DNA of 64,000 nucleotides from assembly GCF_037042905.1 (NCBI RefSeq), contig NC_087245.1, positions 12,960,001 through 13,024,000 on the forward strand. The letters are read 5' to 3'. This DNA is from Lytechinus pictus (lineage: Eukaryota). How positions within the stretch are numbered: position 1 is the stretch's first letter; the number at the start of each line of letters is the position of its first letter. Made by a program: the position numbers and the translations under genes. Below, in pieces: positions 1 through 12,600 of the stretch. Under the pieces are notes generated by a model. The model made no database searches. It was not told where the DNA came from and saw nothing but the letters and a program-made list of their open reading frames with translations.

Positions 1-203
1 GCGCTTGCCCCTTTAACTAATGTGCGGGTGCCCAGTCAGATCTTTATATTTATTTTTTAATGGTTTACGTAGTTCATATCAAGTTTGGCTAAGAGATGGT
101 GGGTGGGGGGGGGGGTGTAAAAATATTTTCATCTTTATGTTTCCCGATCTGATATTCTAGCACTTTTTGTAACGTGGACATGGTGTATATGTATTATCTA
201 AAC

Positions 204-830
204 TAGTGCTTCCCAACCTTTTTTCCCGGGGGGGGGGGGGGGGGGGCACTTCCATTCACGAGTGGATACCATACGCTACCATGGGGTCTCGAAAAGCACC
301 CTAAACACGTAATTTCCATATTCTGAAAATGCACCCCTTAACAAGTATTGGCGCGTGAAGCCCTACCCTTAACAAGTATTGGAAACAAAACGATACTCTT
401 GGCAAATATTCCCTGAAATGAACCCCTAAACAAGTACAGGAATGTTTAATTGTTACGGGTCCTTCGGTCGTCGGCTTTACCTTATTTGGTGCGCAAATCG
501 GACTCTAAACATGAAGTGTTGGGGCAAAATAGACATCCTTTATAAAACATTATAATTTTGTTTTATCATTCCCGCAAATTCGACCCTAAACACGTAATTT
601 TCCTAGCGAAACAGACACCCTTTTTTCATTATTTTTGTGTTTTTGACACCCTTATCACGTTACGTACGTAACGTGATCTATCGTGAAAAGGACATCCTTT
701 TTACGTGTTTTTTGGGTCGCGCATGGTATCCACTCGTCAATGTAAGTGGCCCCCCCGGGCCTTTTTTACTCAAGGACCACTTGACTCAGATTTATTTTTT
801 AAGGCCCACCTACCAAACTTTTAAGAAAAC
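204..830. mobile_element. hAT/Charlie-like MITE end interrupted by the 225-759 element
   Basis: Removing the insertion restores TAGTGCTTCCCAACCTTTTTTACTCAAGGACCAC, which resembles Charlie-type CAGTG.TTCCCAACCTTTT termini. The right boundary is approximate. Confidence 0.4.
225..759. mobile_element. Non-autonomous TIR element (CCCGGG/poly-G termini), copy 1
   Basis: Inverted ends CCCGGG(G)nCACTTCCATTCACGAGTGGATACCAT / ATGGTATCCACTCGTCAATGTAAGTGGCCCCCCCGGG. 8-bp TSD CCTTTTTT at 217-224 and 760-767. A close copy lies at 28191-28753. Confidence 0.9.
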
Positions 831-1379
831 AGTTTGAGAACTAATCTGCTTTCACAAAATGTCTGATAAATGAAACTACATGTACATGAACAATATGCAT
901 GCACATGAGGTTCAAATAAAAGTTAGATAAAAACCATCATAGTGTTCATGCTTTGCAACATGCATGATACCTATAAAGCATGCTTTAGTTTTTTAGATCC
1001 ATGTACACTTATTGGACATGCCATGTTCGGACAGGTCCGTGAAATCACAGTTTTTCTCCTATTTTTTTCTCCTGGAGCTTCTCGCTGACCACCAGAGAGA
1101 GCTTCGCGACCCACCTGTGGGCCGCGCTTACTGTTTGAGAAGCGCTGATGTAAACAACTGGTGGGATCACAAAATGCGAGCTGAAATTTTTTATATTCTG
1201 ACCTCAAATTTGGACATTCTCAGCACTTACATGTATCTCACAATAAACAGGATCGATCGTCACCTTACTAAACAATTAATGCGAACACGAAGTGCAAGAT
1301 GAAAATTTTTGATATTCAGACTTAAAATTTTGACTTTCTAAGCATATTATGAACAGGATTGGCATCTAACTATGCATTT

Positions 1380-2565
1380 GATGCAAGCACCAAACTCGCC
1401 TCCCCCCCTCCCCCCGGTCAAACATCAAATTGCGCCCCAAAGGTCGAAAATCAATTTGGTGCCCCCAAGGTTAAACATAAATTTCGCGCCTCAGGACAAA
1501 CATCAAATTGACGCCCCAACTGTCGAATTTGAATTTGGCGTCCCCTCCCTAGGTTGAACATGAATTTGGCGCCTCAGGACAAACATCGAATTGGTGCTCA
1601 TATGTCGAACTTCAATTCGGCGCCCCCAACTCCCCCTCACCTCCCCCGGTTGAACATCAAAATGGCGCACCCTCCATGTCAAACATAAATTGGGCGCCCG
1701 TAAATAAAACATTGGTTTGGTGCTCTATGTCAGACATAAATTTGACGCTCCCATAGGTCGAACAGCAATTCGGTGCCCCCCTTTGGTTAAACATCGATTC
1801 GTGCCCCTACATGTATGTCGGACATCAATTTGGCGCCCCTAGATTGAACATCCATTCCGCGCCCCCTCGGTTGAACATCATTTCGGCGCCCCCTAGGAAG
1901 AACATCGATTTGGCATCCCTATGTCAAACTTCGATTCGGTGCCCCTAGGTCGAACGTCAATACGGCGCCCCCTTGGTCGAACATTAATTTGGCACAACCC
2001 CTATTTCAAACTCCTATTCAGCGCCCCGAGGTAGAACATAAATGCAGCTCCCACGAGGTTGAAGATCAATTTGGCACCCCTTTGTCAAACTTCAATTCGG
2101 CTCCCCCTATGTTGAACTTCAATTCGGCGCCCCTAGATAGAAAATTGATTCGGCGCCCCCAGGTTGAAGATGAATTCGGAGCCCCTGTGACAAACTTCAA
2201 TTCAGCCTACCCCCTATGTCGAACATCAATTCGGCGCCCCTTGATTGAACTTCCACCCCCTTAGGTTGAAGATTAATCTGGCGCCTATATATCAAATTTC
2301 AATTCAGCGCCCCCTATGTTGAACATCAATTCGGCGCCCATTTGTCAAACTTCCATTCAGTGCCCCCCTCCCAAGTTTGAACATCAATTCGGCACCCCCT
2401 TTGTCGAATATAAATTTGGCTTGAACCCTATTTCAAACTCTTATTTGGCCCCCCTAGGTAGAATATAATCTGGCGCCCACTAGGTTGAAGATCTATTCGG
2501 TACCCCTATGTCGAACTTCAATTCAGCGCCCTCCCCCTAGTTTGAACATCAATTTGGCATGCCCC
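1380..2565. repeat. Degenerate minisatellite, ~28-bp unit (consensus ~GGTTGAACATCAATTCGGCGCCCCCTA)
   Basis: Roughly 40 head-to-tail diverged copies of GAAC(A/T)TCAATT(C/T)GGCGCCCC with no unique spacers. Followed by a CT-rich tract (2565-2660) and G/C runs (~2680-2710). Confidence 0.85.
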
Positions 2566-3046
2566 TTTCCCTCTTTTTTTTTCTCTCTCAACCCTTTTTT
2601 TTCTCTTTCTCTTCTTTCCTTCCCTTCCCCCCTTTTCTTTTCCTCCCTTCTTTTTGGCACCCCCATTTCCACCTACCGGGGGGGGGGGGGGGGCCGATAG
2701 CCCCCCCCCATATGCTCATGATATGTCTAGTCTAAATGAAAGGTATGCCCACTACATGTATGTCTTTTTTTTTTTTTTTTGCTTCGTGCATTAAACTGTA
2801 GTAGTAATGGGGATGACCTTTGATAATGGGGTTTGTGCAGTAAGTGCCTACGGGAACTTGTCCCTTGGTGGCCACTCCCTGTCAGATATGTAGCGTAGAT
2901 TAGTTGCTGGGAGATGGTGGCCTGCTGGTTATGTAGGGCTTTCATTGTTAAACTGTATGTGAACACCCAGTCATATTTTTATAGATAGTTTACATTGATT
3001 CTTGCTAGAAAATGGTAGCTAGTGAATTATCTGCATACAGGGTCTT

Positions 3047-3275
3047 CCCAGAAGGAAAAAACAGTTCCACTGGACCAGTTAGACCAGTAGAATTTAAACG
3101 GGTAACTCTGGAAATTGGAACATCGGTTTACTGGTCTAACTGGTCATTACTGGTCCAGTTAAAAATTAAACTGGTCTTGAATTACTGGAATTTTATACTG
3201 GTCTTGTTTATGGTGGTTGTTACTGGTCTCACTGGTCTTCATACTGGTATCCAATTCAAGCTTTTCCGCCGAGGG
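3047..3275. mobile_element. Small CCC...GGG element with ACTGGT/ACCAGT sub-terminal repeats (EnSpm/CACTA-like MITE)
   Basis: Imperfect ends CCCAGAAGGAAAA / TTTTCCGCCGAGGG flanked by TT, with many ACTGG/CCAGT motifs. It interrupts a degenerate satellite monomer. Confidence 0.45.
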
Positions 3276-3699
3276 TTCATGCGGCAGATGGTTGTGTGCA
3301 GAAGCTTCAGTCCAATATCGTTAAAGGACTATACTGGAATATTATCAGAACTTCAAAAAGCAGATTCTGAAATACGTCAGATAAACATCAACCGCATCAA
3401 ACGTCTTCCCCTGAAGTTGTAGGGTAACGGTCACACCCTGTCAGTTGATTAGTTTAGATTGTTCCGGGGGGGGGGGGACAGTGAAAGGTATGGAAGTGAG
3501 GGGAATTGGGAGTTGGTTTATTTGAGTTCTAACAAAATAATGCAATACCAGAATGTATATAGGCGGTGGCGCCTTTGCAGCCACGGTTTGTATTCATCTG
3601 CATCAGACGTATTGCTGACTTTTCGCAAAATGGCATCAGACTGTTATAGTCTAAGACAAAAGCTGTTGTCTGTGCCTAGATCATAGTCTAATGATGTTT

Positions 3700-6600
3700 T
3701 GTAAGGTCCTGCATGCCCCTTATTAATGTAGGTAAACAGCCTCGGCCATTCAGATTAAAAGATGTATGTAGCTTTAGTTAATACCTTGCTTAGAGATGGT
3801 GATCTGTGAATTATGTGTCTATTGGGATCTTGCCTACAAACTGTAGTACTGTCAAACTGTACGGTAATGACATGTTCAATCAGATATATTAAATAGTTTT
3901 AGTGCATAGTTTGTTAACTTTTCTGCGAGAAGAATTATGTGTCTACTGTACAACGTCCCTTTAATTGTAGGTAAAATGCCCACGCACATTCAGAAAATTT
4001 GATTGTTGCCAGGGGTGAGGGGAGAGTAAGGGATGTTTCTTACAGTTTTGATAACTAGTTTACATACATTTTTCCTGGGAAATGGTGGCCTGTGAATTAT
4101 GTGCCTACCGGGCAATGTCCCTTGAACTGTAGGTGAACGGCCACGCCCAGTCAGATGATAGTTTTTTTATAGCGGGGGAGGGATGTTTTTTCATAGTGTT
4201 AATAAGTAGTTTGCATAAATTTTGGTTGGGAGATGGTGCATTGTGTATAATGTGCCCATTGGGCAACGTCCGTTGAACGGCCATGTCCATGCAATCGGAG
4301 GATTTGTTGAGATTGTTGCCAGGGTGGGGAGGGGGAAGAGGTAGGGTGGAGGACATTTTTAAGTTTTAACAGTTTAAGCTTACATAAGCTTTGGCAGGGG
4401 AAATAGAGACCTGTGAATTATGTGCGTACCGGGCAACTTCCTTTGAACTCTAGGTGAACGGCCACACCTACCCGTCAGATTAATTTCTTCGGAATACTAC
4501 ATACAGTAGTTGAAACATTTTTGTTGGGAAATGGTGGGTTGTGAGTTATGTGCCCACTGGGCAACGTCCGTTGAACTATAGGTGAACAGCCACACACAGT
4601 TAGATGATTTGTACGAATTGTTGCCAGGTTTGGGGGGAGGTGGGAGGGAGTAGTATGTTTTTTGATGGTTTAAGTGCAGTTTTAGTTTACATACATTTTG
4701 GCTGGGAGATGGTGGTCTGTGAATTATGTGCCTACCGGGCAAAGCCCCTTGAACTGTAGGTGAACGGCCACGCCCAGTCAGATGATATTTTTAGCGTTTG
4801 GGGGAGGGAGTTTTTTTATATAGTTTCAATAATACTTTACATACATTTTGGCTTGGAGATGGTCTGAATTATGTGCCTACCAGGCAACGTCCGTTGAACT
4901 ATAGGTGAACAGCCACACGCAGTTAGATGATTTGTACGAATTGTTGCCAGGTTTGGGGGAGGTGGGAGGGAGTAGTATGTTTTTTTATGGTTTAAGTGCA
5001 GTTTTAGTTTACATACATTTTGCCAGGGGGATGGTGGTCTGTGAATTATGTGCCTACCGGGCAAATCCCTTGAACTGTAGGTGAATGACTACACCCAGTC
5101 AGATTTTTCTTATACGATTAGGGGGAGGGAGGGGAGGTTTTTTTTAGATAGTTTTAAAAATACTTTACATACATTTTGGCTGGGAGATGGTGGCCTGTGA
5201 ATTATGTGCCTACCGGGCAAAGCCCCTTGAACTGTAGGTGAACGGCCACGCCCAGTCAGATGATATTTTTAGGGTTCGGGGGAGGAAGGGGAGGGATTTT
5301 TTTTTTTATAGTTTCAATAATACTTTACATAAATTTTGGCTGGAAATGGCCTGTGAATTATGTGCCTTCCGGGCAACGTCCCTTGAACTATAGGTGAACG
5401 GCCACGCCCAGTCAGATGACTTTTTATGATAGGGGTAGGGAAGGGAGGGATGTTTTTTAATAGTTTCAATAATAGTTTACATACATTTTGGCTGGGAGAT
5501 GGTGGTCTGTGAATTATGTGCCTACCGGGCAATGTCCCTTGAACTGTAGGTGAACGACCACGCCCAGTCAGATGACTTTATAGGATAGGGGTAGGGAAGG
5601 GATGGATGTTTTTTAATAGTTTCAATAATACTTTAGATACATTTTGGCTTGGAGATGGTGGCCTGTGAATTATGTGCCTACCGGTCAACTACCCTTGAAC
5701 TGTAGGGAGGGGAGGGAGTTTTTTTTATACAGTTTCAATAATACTTTACATACATTTTGGCTGGGAGATGGCCTGTGAATTATGTGCCTACCAGGCAACG
5801 TCCCTTGAACTATAGGTGAACGGCCACACCCAGTTAGATGATATGTACATATTGTTGTGAGGTTTAGGGGAGGAGGGAGGGAGTAGTTTTATAATGGTTT
5901 TAGTGCAGTTTTAGTTTACATACATTTGGCTGGGAGAAGGTGGCCTGTGAATTATGTGCCTACAGGGCAATGTCCCTTGAACTGTAGGTGAACGGCCACG
6001 CCCAGTCAGATGACTTTTTATGATAGGGGTAGGGAAGGGAGGGATGTTTTTTAATAGTTTCAATAATAGTTTACATACATTTTGGCTGGGAGATGGTGGT
6101 CTGTGAATTATGTGCCTACCGGGCAAAGCCCCTTGAACTGTAGGTGAACGGCCACGCCCAGTCAGGTGATATTTTTAGGGTTCGGTGGAGGAAGGGGAGG
6201 GATTTTTTTTTTATAGTTTCAATAATACTTTACATAAATTTTGGCTGGGAGATGGCCTGTGAATAATGTGCCTTCCGGGCAGCGTCCCTTGAACTATAAG
6301 TGAACGGCCACGCCCAGTTAGATGATTTATACAGATTATTGCCAGGGTTAAGGGGAGGAAGGGGGGAGTAGTTTTATAATGGTTTTAGTTTACATACATT
6401 TGTCTGGGAGATGGTGGCCTGTGAATTATGTGCCTACCGGGCAATGTCCCTTGAACTGTAGGTGAACGACCACGCCCAGTCAGATGACTTTATAGGATAG
6501 GGGTAGGGAAGGGATGGATGTTTTTTAATAGTTTCAATAATACTTTAGATACATTTTGGCTTGGAGATGGTGGCCTGTGAATTATGTGCCTACCGGTCAA

Positions 6601-9600
6601 GTACCCTTGAACTGTAGGTGAACGGCCACGCCCAGTCAGATGACTTTTTATGATAGGGGTAGGGAAGGGAGGGATGTTTTTTAATAGTTTCAATAATAGT
6701 TTACATACATTTTGGCTGGGAGATGGTGGTCTGTGAATTATGTGCCTACCGGGCAATGTCCCTTGAACTGTAGGTGAACAACCACGCCCAGTCAGATGAC
6801 TTTATAGGATAGGGGTAGGGAAGGGATGGATGTTTTTTAATAGTTTCAATAATACTTTAGATACATTTTGGCTGGGAGATGGCCTGTGAATAATGTGCCT
6901 TCCGGGCAGCGTCCCTTGAACTATATGTGAACGGCCACGCCCAGTTAGATGATTTGTACAGATTATTGCCAGGTTTAAGGGGAGGAAGGGGGGAGTAGTT
7001 TTATAATGGTTTTAGTTTACATACATTTGTCTGGAAGATGGTCGCCTGTGAATTATGTGCCTACCGGGCAATGTCCCTTGAACTGTAGGTGAACAACCAC
7101 GCCCAGTCAGATGACTTTATAGGATAGGGGTAGGGAAGGGATGGATGTTTTTTAATAGTTTCAATAATACTTTAGAAACATTTTGGCTGGGAGATGGCCT
7201 GTGAATAATGTGCCTTCCGGGCAGCGTCCCTTGAACTATAAGTGAACGGCCACGCCCAGTTATATGATTTGTACAGATTATTGCCAGGTTTAAGGGGAGG
7301 AAGGGGGGAGTAGTTTTATAATGGTTTTAGTTTACATACATTTGTCTGGAAGATGGTCGCCTGTGAATTATGTGCCTACCGGGCAATGTCCCTTGAACTG
7401 CAGGTGAACAACCACGCCCAGTCAGATGACTTTATAGGATAGGGGTAGGGAAGGGATGGATGTTTTTTAATAGTTTCAATAATACTTTAGATACATTTTG
7501 TCTGGGAGATGGTGGCCTGTGAATTATGTGCCTACCGGTCAACTACCCTTGAACTGTAGGTGAACGGCCACGCCCAGTCAGATGACTTTTTATGATAGGG
7601 GTAGGGAAGGGAGGGATGTTTTTTAATAGTTTCAATAATAGTTTACATACATTTTGGCTGGGAGATGGTGGTCTGTGAATTATGTGCCTACCGGGCAATG
7701 TCCCTTGAACTGTAGGTGAACAACCACGCCCAGTCAGATGACTTTATAGGATAGGGGTAGGGAAGGGATGGATGTTTTTTAATAGTTTCAATAATACTTT
7801 AGATACATTTTGGCTGGGAGATGGCCTGTGAATAATGTGCCTTCCGGGCAGCGTCCCTTGAACTATAAGTGAACGGCCACGCCCAGTTAGATGATTTGTA
7901 CAGATTATTGCCAGGTTTAAGGGGAGGAAGGGGGGAGTAGTTTTATAATGGTTTTAGTTTACATACATTTGTCTGGAAGATGGTCGCCTGTGAATTATGT
8001 GCCTACCGGGCAATGTCCCTTGAACTGCAGGTGAACAACCACGCCCAGTCAGATGACTTTATAGGATAGGGGTAGGGAAGGGATGGATGTTTTTTAATAG
8101 TTTCAATAATACTTTAGATACATTTTGTCTGGGAGATGGTGGCCTGTGAATTATGTGCCTACCGGTCAACTACCCTTGAACTGTAGGCGAACGGCCACGC
8201 CCAGTCAGATGACTTTTTATGATAGGGGTAGGGAAGGGAGGGATGTTTTTTAATAGTTTCAATAATAGTTTACATACATTTTGGCTGGGAGATGGTGGTC
8301 TGTGAATTATGTGCCTACCGGGCAATGTCCCTTGAACTGTAGGTGAACGACCACGCCCAGTCAGATGACTTTATAGGATAGGGGTAGGGAAGGGATGGAT
8401 GTTTTTTAATAGTTTCAATAATACTTTAGATACATTTTGGCTTGGAGATGGTGGCCTGTGAATTATGTGCCTACCGGTCAAGTACCCTTGAACTGTAGGT
8501 GAACGGCCACGCCCAGTCAGATGACTTTTTATGATAGGGGTAGGGAAGGGAGGGATGTTTTTTAATAGTTTCAATAATAGTTTACATACAGTTTGGCTGG
8601 GAGATGGTGGTCTGTGAATTATGTGCCTACCGGGCAAAGCCCCTTGAACTGTAGGTGAACGGCCACGCCCAGTCAGATGATATTTTTAGCGTGGGGGGGG
8701 GGGGGGAGTTTTTTTTATATAGTTTCAATAATACTTTACATACATTTTGGCTGGGAGATGGTCTGTGAATTATGTGCCTACCAGGCAACGTCCGTTGAAC
8801 TATAGGTGAACAGCCACACGCAGTTTGATGCTTTGTACGAATTGTTGCCAGGTGTGGGGGAGGTGGGAGGGAGTAGTATGTTCTTTGATGGTTTAAGTGC
8901 AGTTTTAGTTTACATACATTTTGGCTGGGAGATGGTGGTCTGTGAATTATGTGCCTACCGGGCAAAGCCCCTTGAACTGTAAATGAACGGCCACGCCCAG
9001 TCAGATGATATTTTTAGCGTTTGGGGGAGGGAGTTTTATTTTTATAGTTTCAATAATACTTTACATACATTTTGGCTGGGAGATGGTCTGAATTATGTGC
9101 CTACCAGGCAACGTCCGTTGAACTATAGGTGAACAGCCACACGCAGTTAGATGATTTGTACGAATTAATGCCAGGTTTGGGGGAGGTGGGAGGGAGTAGT
9201 ATGTTTTTTGATGGTTTAAGTGCAGTTTTAGTTTACATACATTTTGGCTGGGAGATGGTGGTCTGTGAATTATGTGCCTACCGGGCAAAGCCCCTTGAAC
9301 TGTAAATGAACGGCCACGCCCAGTCAGATGATATTTTTAGCGTTTGGGGGAGGGAGTTTTATTTTTATAGTTTCAATAATACTTTACATACATTTTGGCT
9401 GGGAGATGGTCTGAATTATGTGCCTACCAGGCAACGTCCGTTGAACTATAGGTGAACAGCCACACGCAGTTAGATGATTTGTACGAATTGTTGCCAGGTT
9501 TGGGGGAGGTGGGAGGGAGTAGTATGTTTTTTGATGGTTTAAGTGCAGTTTTAGTTTACATACATTTTGCCAGGGGGATGGTGGTCTGTGAATTATGTGC

Positions 9601-12600
9601 CTACCGGGCAAAGCCCCTTGAACTGTAAATGAACGGCCATGCCCAGTCAGATGATATTTTTAGCGTTTGGGGGAGGGAGTTTTATTTTTATAGTTTCAAT
9701 AATACTTTACATACATTTTGGCTGGGAGATGGTCTGAATTATGTGCCTACCAGGCAACGTCCGTTGAACTATAGGTGAACAGCCACACGCAGTTAGATGA
9801 TTTGTACGAATTGTTGCCAGGTTTGGGGGAGGTGGGAGGGAGTAGTATGTTTTTTGATGGTTTAAGTGCAGTTTTAGTTTACATACATTTTGCCAGGGAG
9901 ATGGTGGCCTGTGAATTATGTGCCTACCGGGCAAATCCCTTGAACTGTAGGTGAATGACTACACCCAGTCAGATGACTTTTTATGATAGGGGTAGGGAAG
10001 GGAGGGATGTTTTTTAATAGTTTCAATAATAGTTTACATACATTTTGGCTGGGAGATGGTGGTCTGTGAATTATGTGCCTACCGGGCAATGTCCCTTGAA
10101 CTGTAGGTGAACGACCACGCCCAGTCAGATGACTTTATAGGATAGGGGTAGGGAAGGGATGGATGTTTTTTAATAGTTTCAATAATACTTTAGATACATT
10201 TTGGCTTGGAGATGGTGGCCTGTGAATTATGTGCCTACCGGTCAAGTACCCTTGAACTGTAGGTGAACGGCCACGCCCAGTCAGGTGACTTTATAGGATA
10301 GGGGTAGGGAAGGGAGGGATGTTTTTTAATAGTTTCAATAATACTTTAGATACATTTTTGCTTGGAGATGGTGGCCTGTGAATTATGTGCCTACCGGTCA
10401 AGTACCCTTGAACTGTAGGTGAACGGCCACGCCCAGTCAGATGACTTTTTATGATAGGGGTAGGGAAGGGAGGGATGTTTTTTAATAGTTTCAATAATAG
10501 TTTACATACAGTTTGGCTGGGAGATGGTGGTCTGTGAATTATGTGCCTACCGGGCAAAGCCCCTTGAACTGTAGGTGAACGGCCACGCCCAGTCAGATGA
10601 TATTTTTAGCGTGGGGGGGGGGGAGTTTTTTTTATATAGTTTCAATAATACTTTACATACATTTTGGCTGGGAGATGGTCTGTGAATTATGTGCCTACCA
10701 GGCAACGTCCGTTGAACTATAGGTGAACAGCCACACGCAGTTTGATGCTTTGTACGAATTGTTGCCAGGTGTGGGGGAGGTGGGAGGGAGTAGTATGTTC
10801 TTTGATGGTTTAAGTGCAGTTTTAGTTTACATACATTTTGGCTGGGAGATGGTGGTCTGTGAATTATGTGCCTACCGGGCAAAGCCCCTTGAACTGTAAA
10901 TGAACGGCCACGCCCAGTCAGATGATATTTTTAGCGTTTGGGGGAGGGAGTTTTATTTTTATAGTTTCAATAATACTTTACATACATTTTGGCTGGGAGA
11001 TGGTCTGAATTATGTGCCTACCAGGCAACGTCCGTTGAACTATAGGTGAACAGCCACACGCAGTTAGATGATTTGTACGAATTGTTGCCAGGTTTGGGGG
11101 AGGTGGGAGGGAGTAGTATGTTTTTTGATGGTTTAAGTGCAGTTTTAGTTTACATACATTTTGGCTGGGAGATGGTGGTCTGTGAATTATGTGCCTACCG
11201 GGCAAAGCCCCTTGAACTGTAAATGAACGGCCACGCCCAGTCAGATGATATTTTTAGCGTTTGGGGGAGGGAGTTTTATTTTTATAGTTTCAATAATACT
11301 TTACATACATTTTGGCTGGGAGATGGTCTGAATTATGTGCCTACCAGGCAACGTCCGTTGAACTATAGGTGAACAGCCACACGCAGTTAGATGATTTGTA
11401 CGAATTGTTGCCAGGTTTGGGGGAGGTGGGAGGGAGTAGTATGTTTTTTGATGGTTTAAGTGCAGTTTTAGTTTACATACATTTTGCCAGGGGGATGGTG
11501 GTCTGTGAATTATGTGCCTACCGGGCAAAGCCCCTTGAACTGTAAATGAACGGCCATGCCCAGGCAGATGATATTTTTAGCGTTTGGGGGAGGGAGTTTT
11601 ATTTTTATAGTTTCAATAATACTTTACATACATTTTGGCTGGGAGATGGTCTGAATTATGTGCCTACCAGGCAACATCCGTTGAACTATAGGTGAACAGC
11701 CACACGCAGTTAGATGATTTGTACGAATTGTTGCCAGGTTTGGGGGAGGTGGGAGGGAGTAGTATGTTTTTTGATGGTTTAAGTGCAGTTTTAGTTTACA
11801 TACATTTTGCCAGGGAGATGGTGGCCTGTGAATTATGTGCCTACCGGGCAAATCCCTTGAACTGTAGGTGAATGACTACACCCAGTCAGATGAATTTTTA
11901 TGATAGGGGTAGGGAAGGGAGGGATGTTTTTTAATAGTTTCAATAATAGTTTACATACATTTTTGCTGGGAGATGGTGGTCCGTGAATTATGTGCCTACC
12001 GGGCAAAGCCCCTTGAACTGTAGGTGAACGACCACGCCCAGTCAGATGACTTTAAAGGATAGGGGTAGGGAAGGGAGGGATTTTTTTTAATAGTTTCAAT
12101 AATAATTTACATAAATTTTGGCTGGGAGATGGTGGTCTGTGAATTATGTGCCTACCGGGCAAAGCCCCTTGAACTGTAGGTGAACGGCCACGCCCAGTCA
12201 GATGATATTTTTAGGGTTCTGGGGAGGAAGGGGAGGGATTTTTTTTAATAGTTTCAATAATAGTTTACATACATTTTTGCTGGGAGATGGTGGTCCGTGA
12301 ATTATGTGCCTACCGGGCAAAGCCCCTTGAACTGTAGGTGAACGACCACGCCCAGTCAGATGACTTTAAAGGATAGGGGTAGGGAAGGGAGGGATTTTTT
12401 TTAATAGTTTCAATAATAATTTACATAAATTTTGGCTGGGAGATGGTGGTCTGTGAATTATGTGCCTACCGGGCAAAGCCCCTTGAACTGTAGGTGAACG
12501 GCCACGCCCAGTCAGATGATATTTTTAGGGTTCTGGGGAGGAAGGGGAGGGATTTTTTTTTTTATAGTTTCAATAATAATTTACATAAATTTTTGCTGGA

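Noticed and set aside
1380..2565. CRISPR-like array of ~28-bp repeats
   Set aside because: The units are contiguous and degenerate with no unique spacers, there are no cas genes, and the context is eukaryotic.
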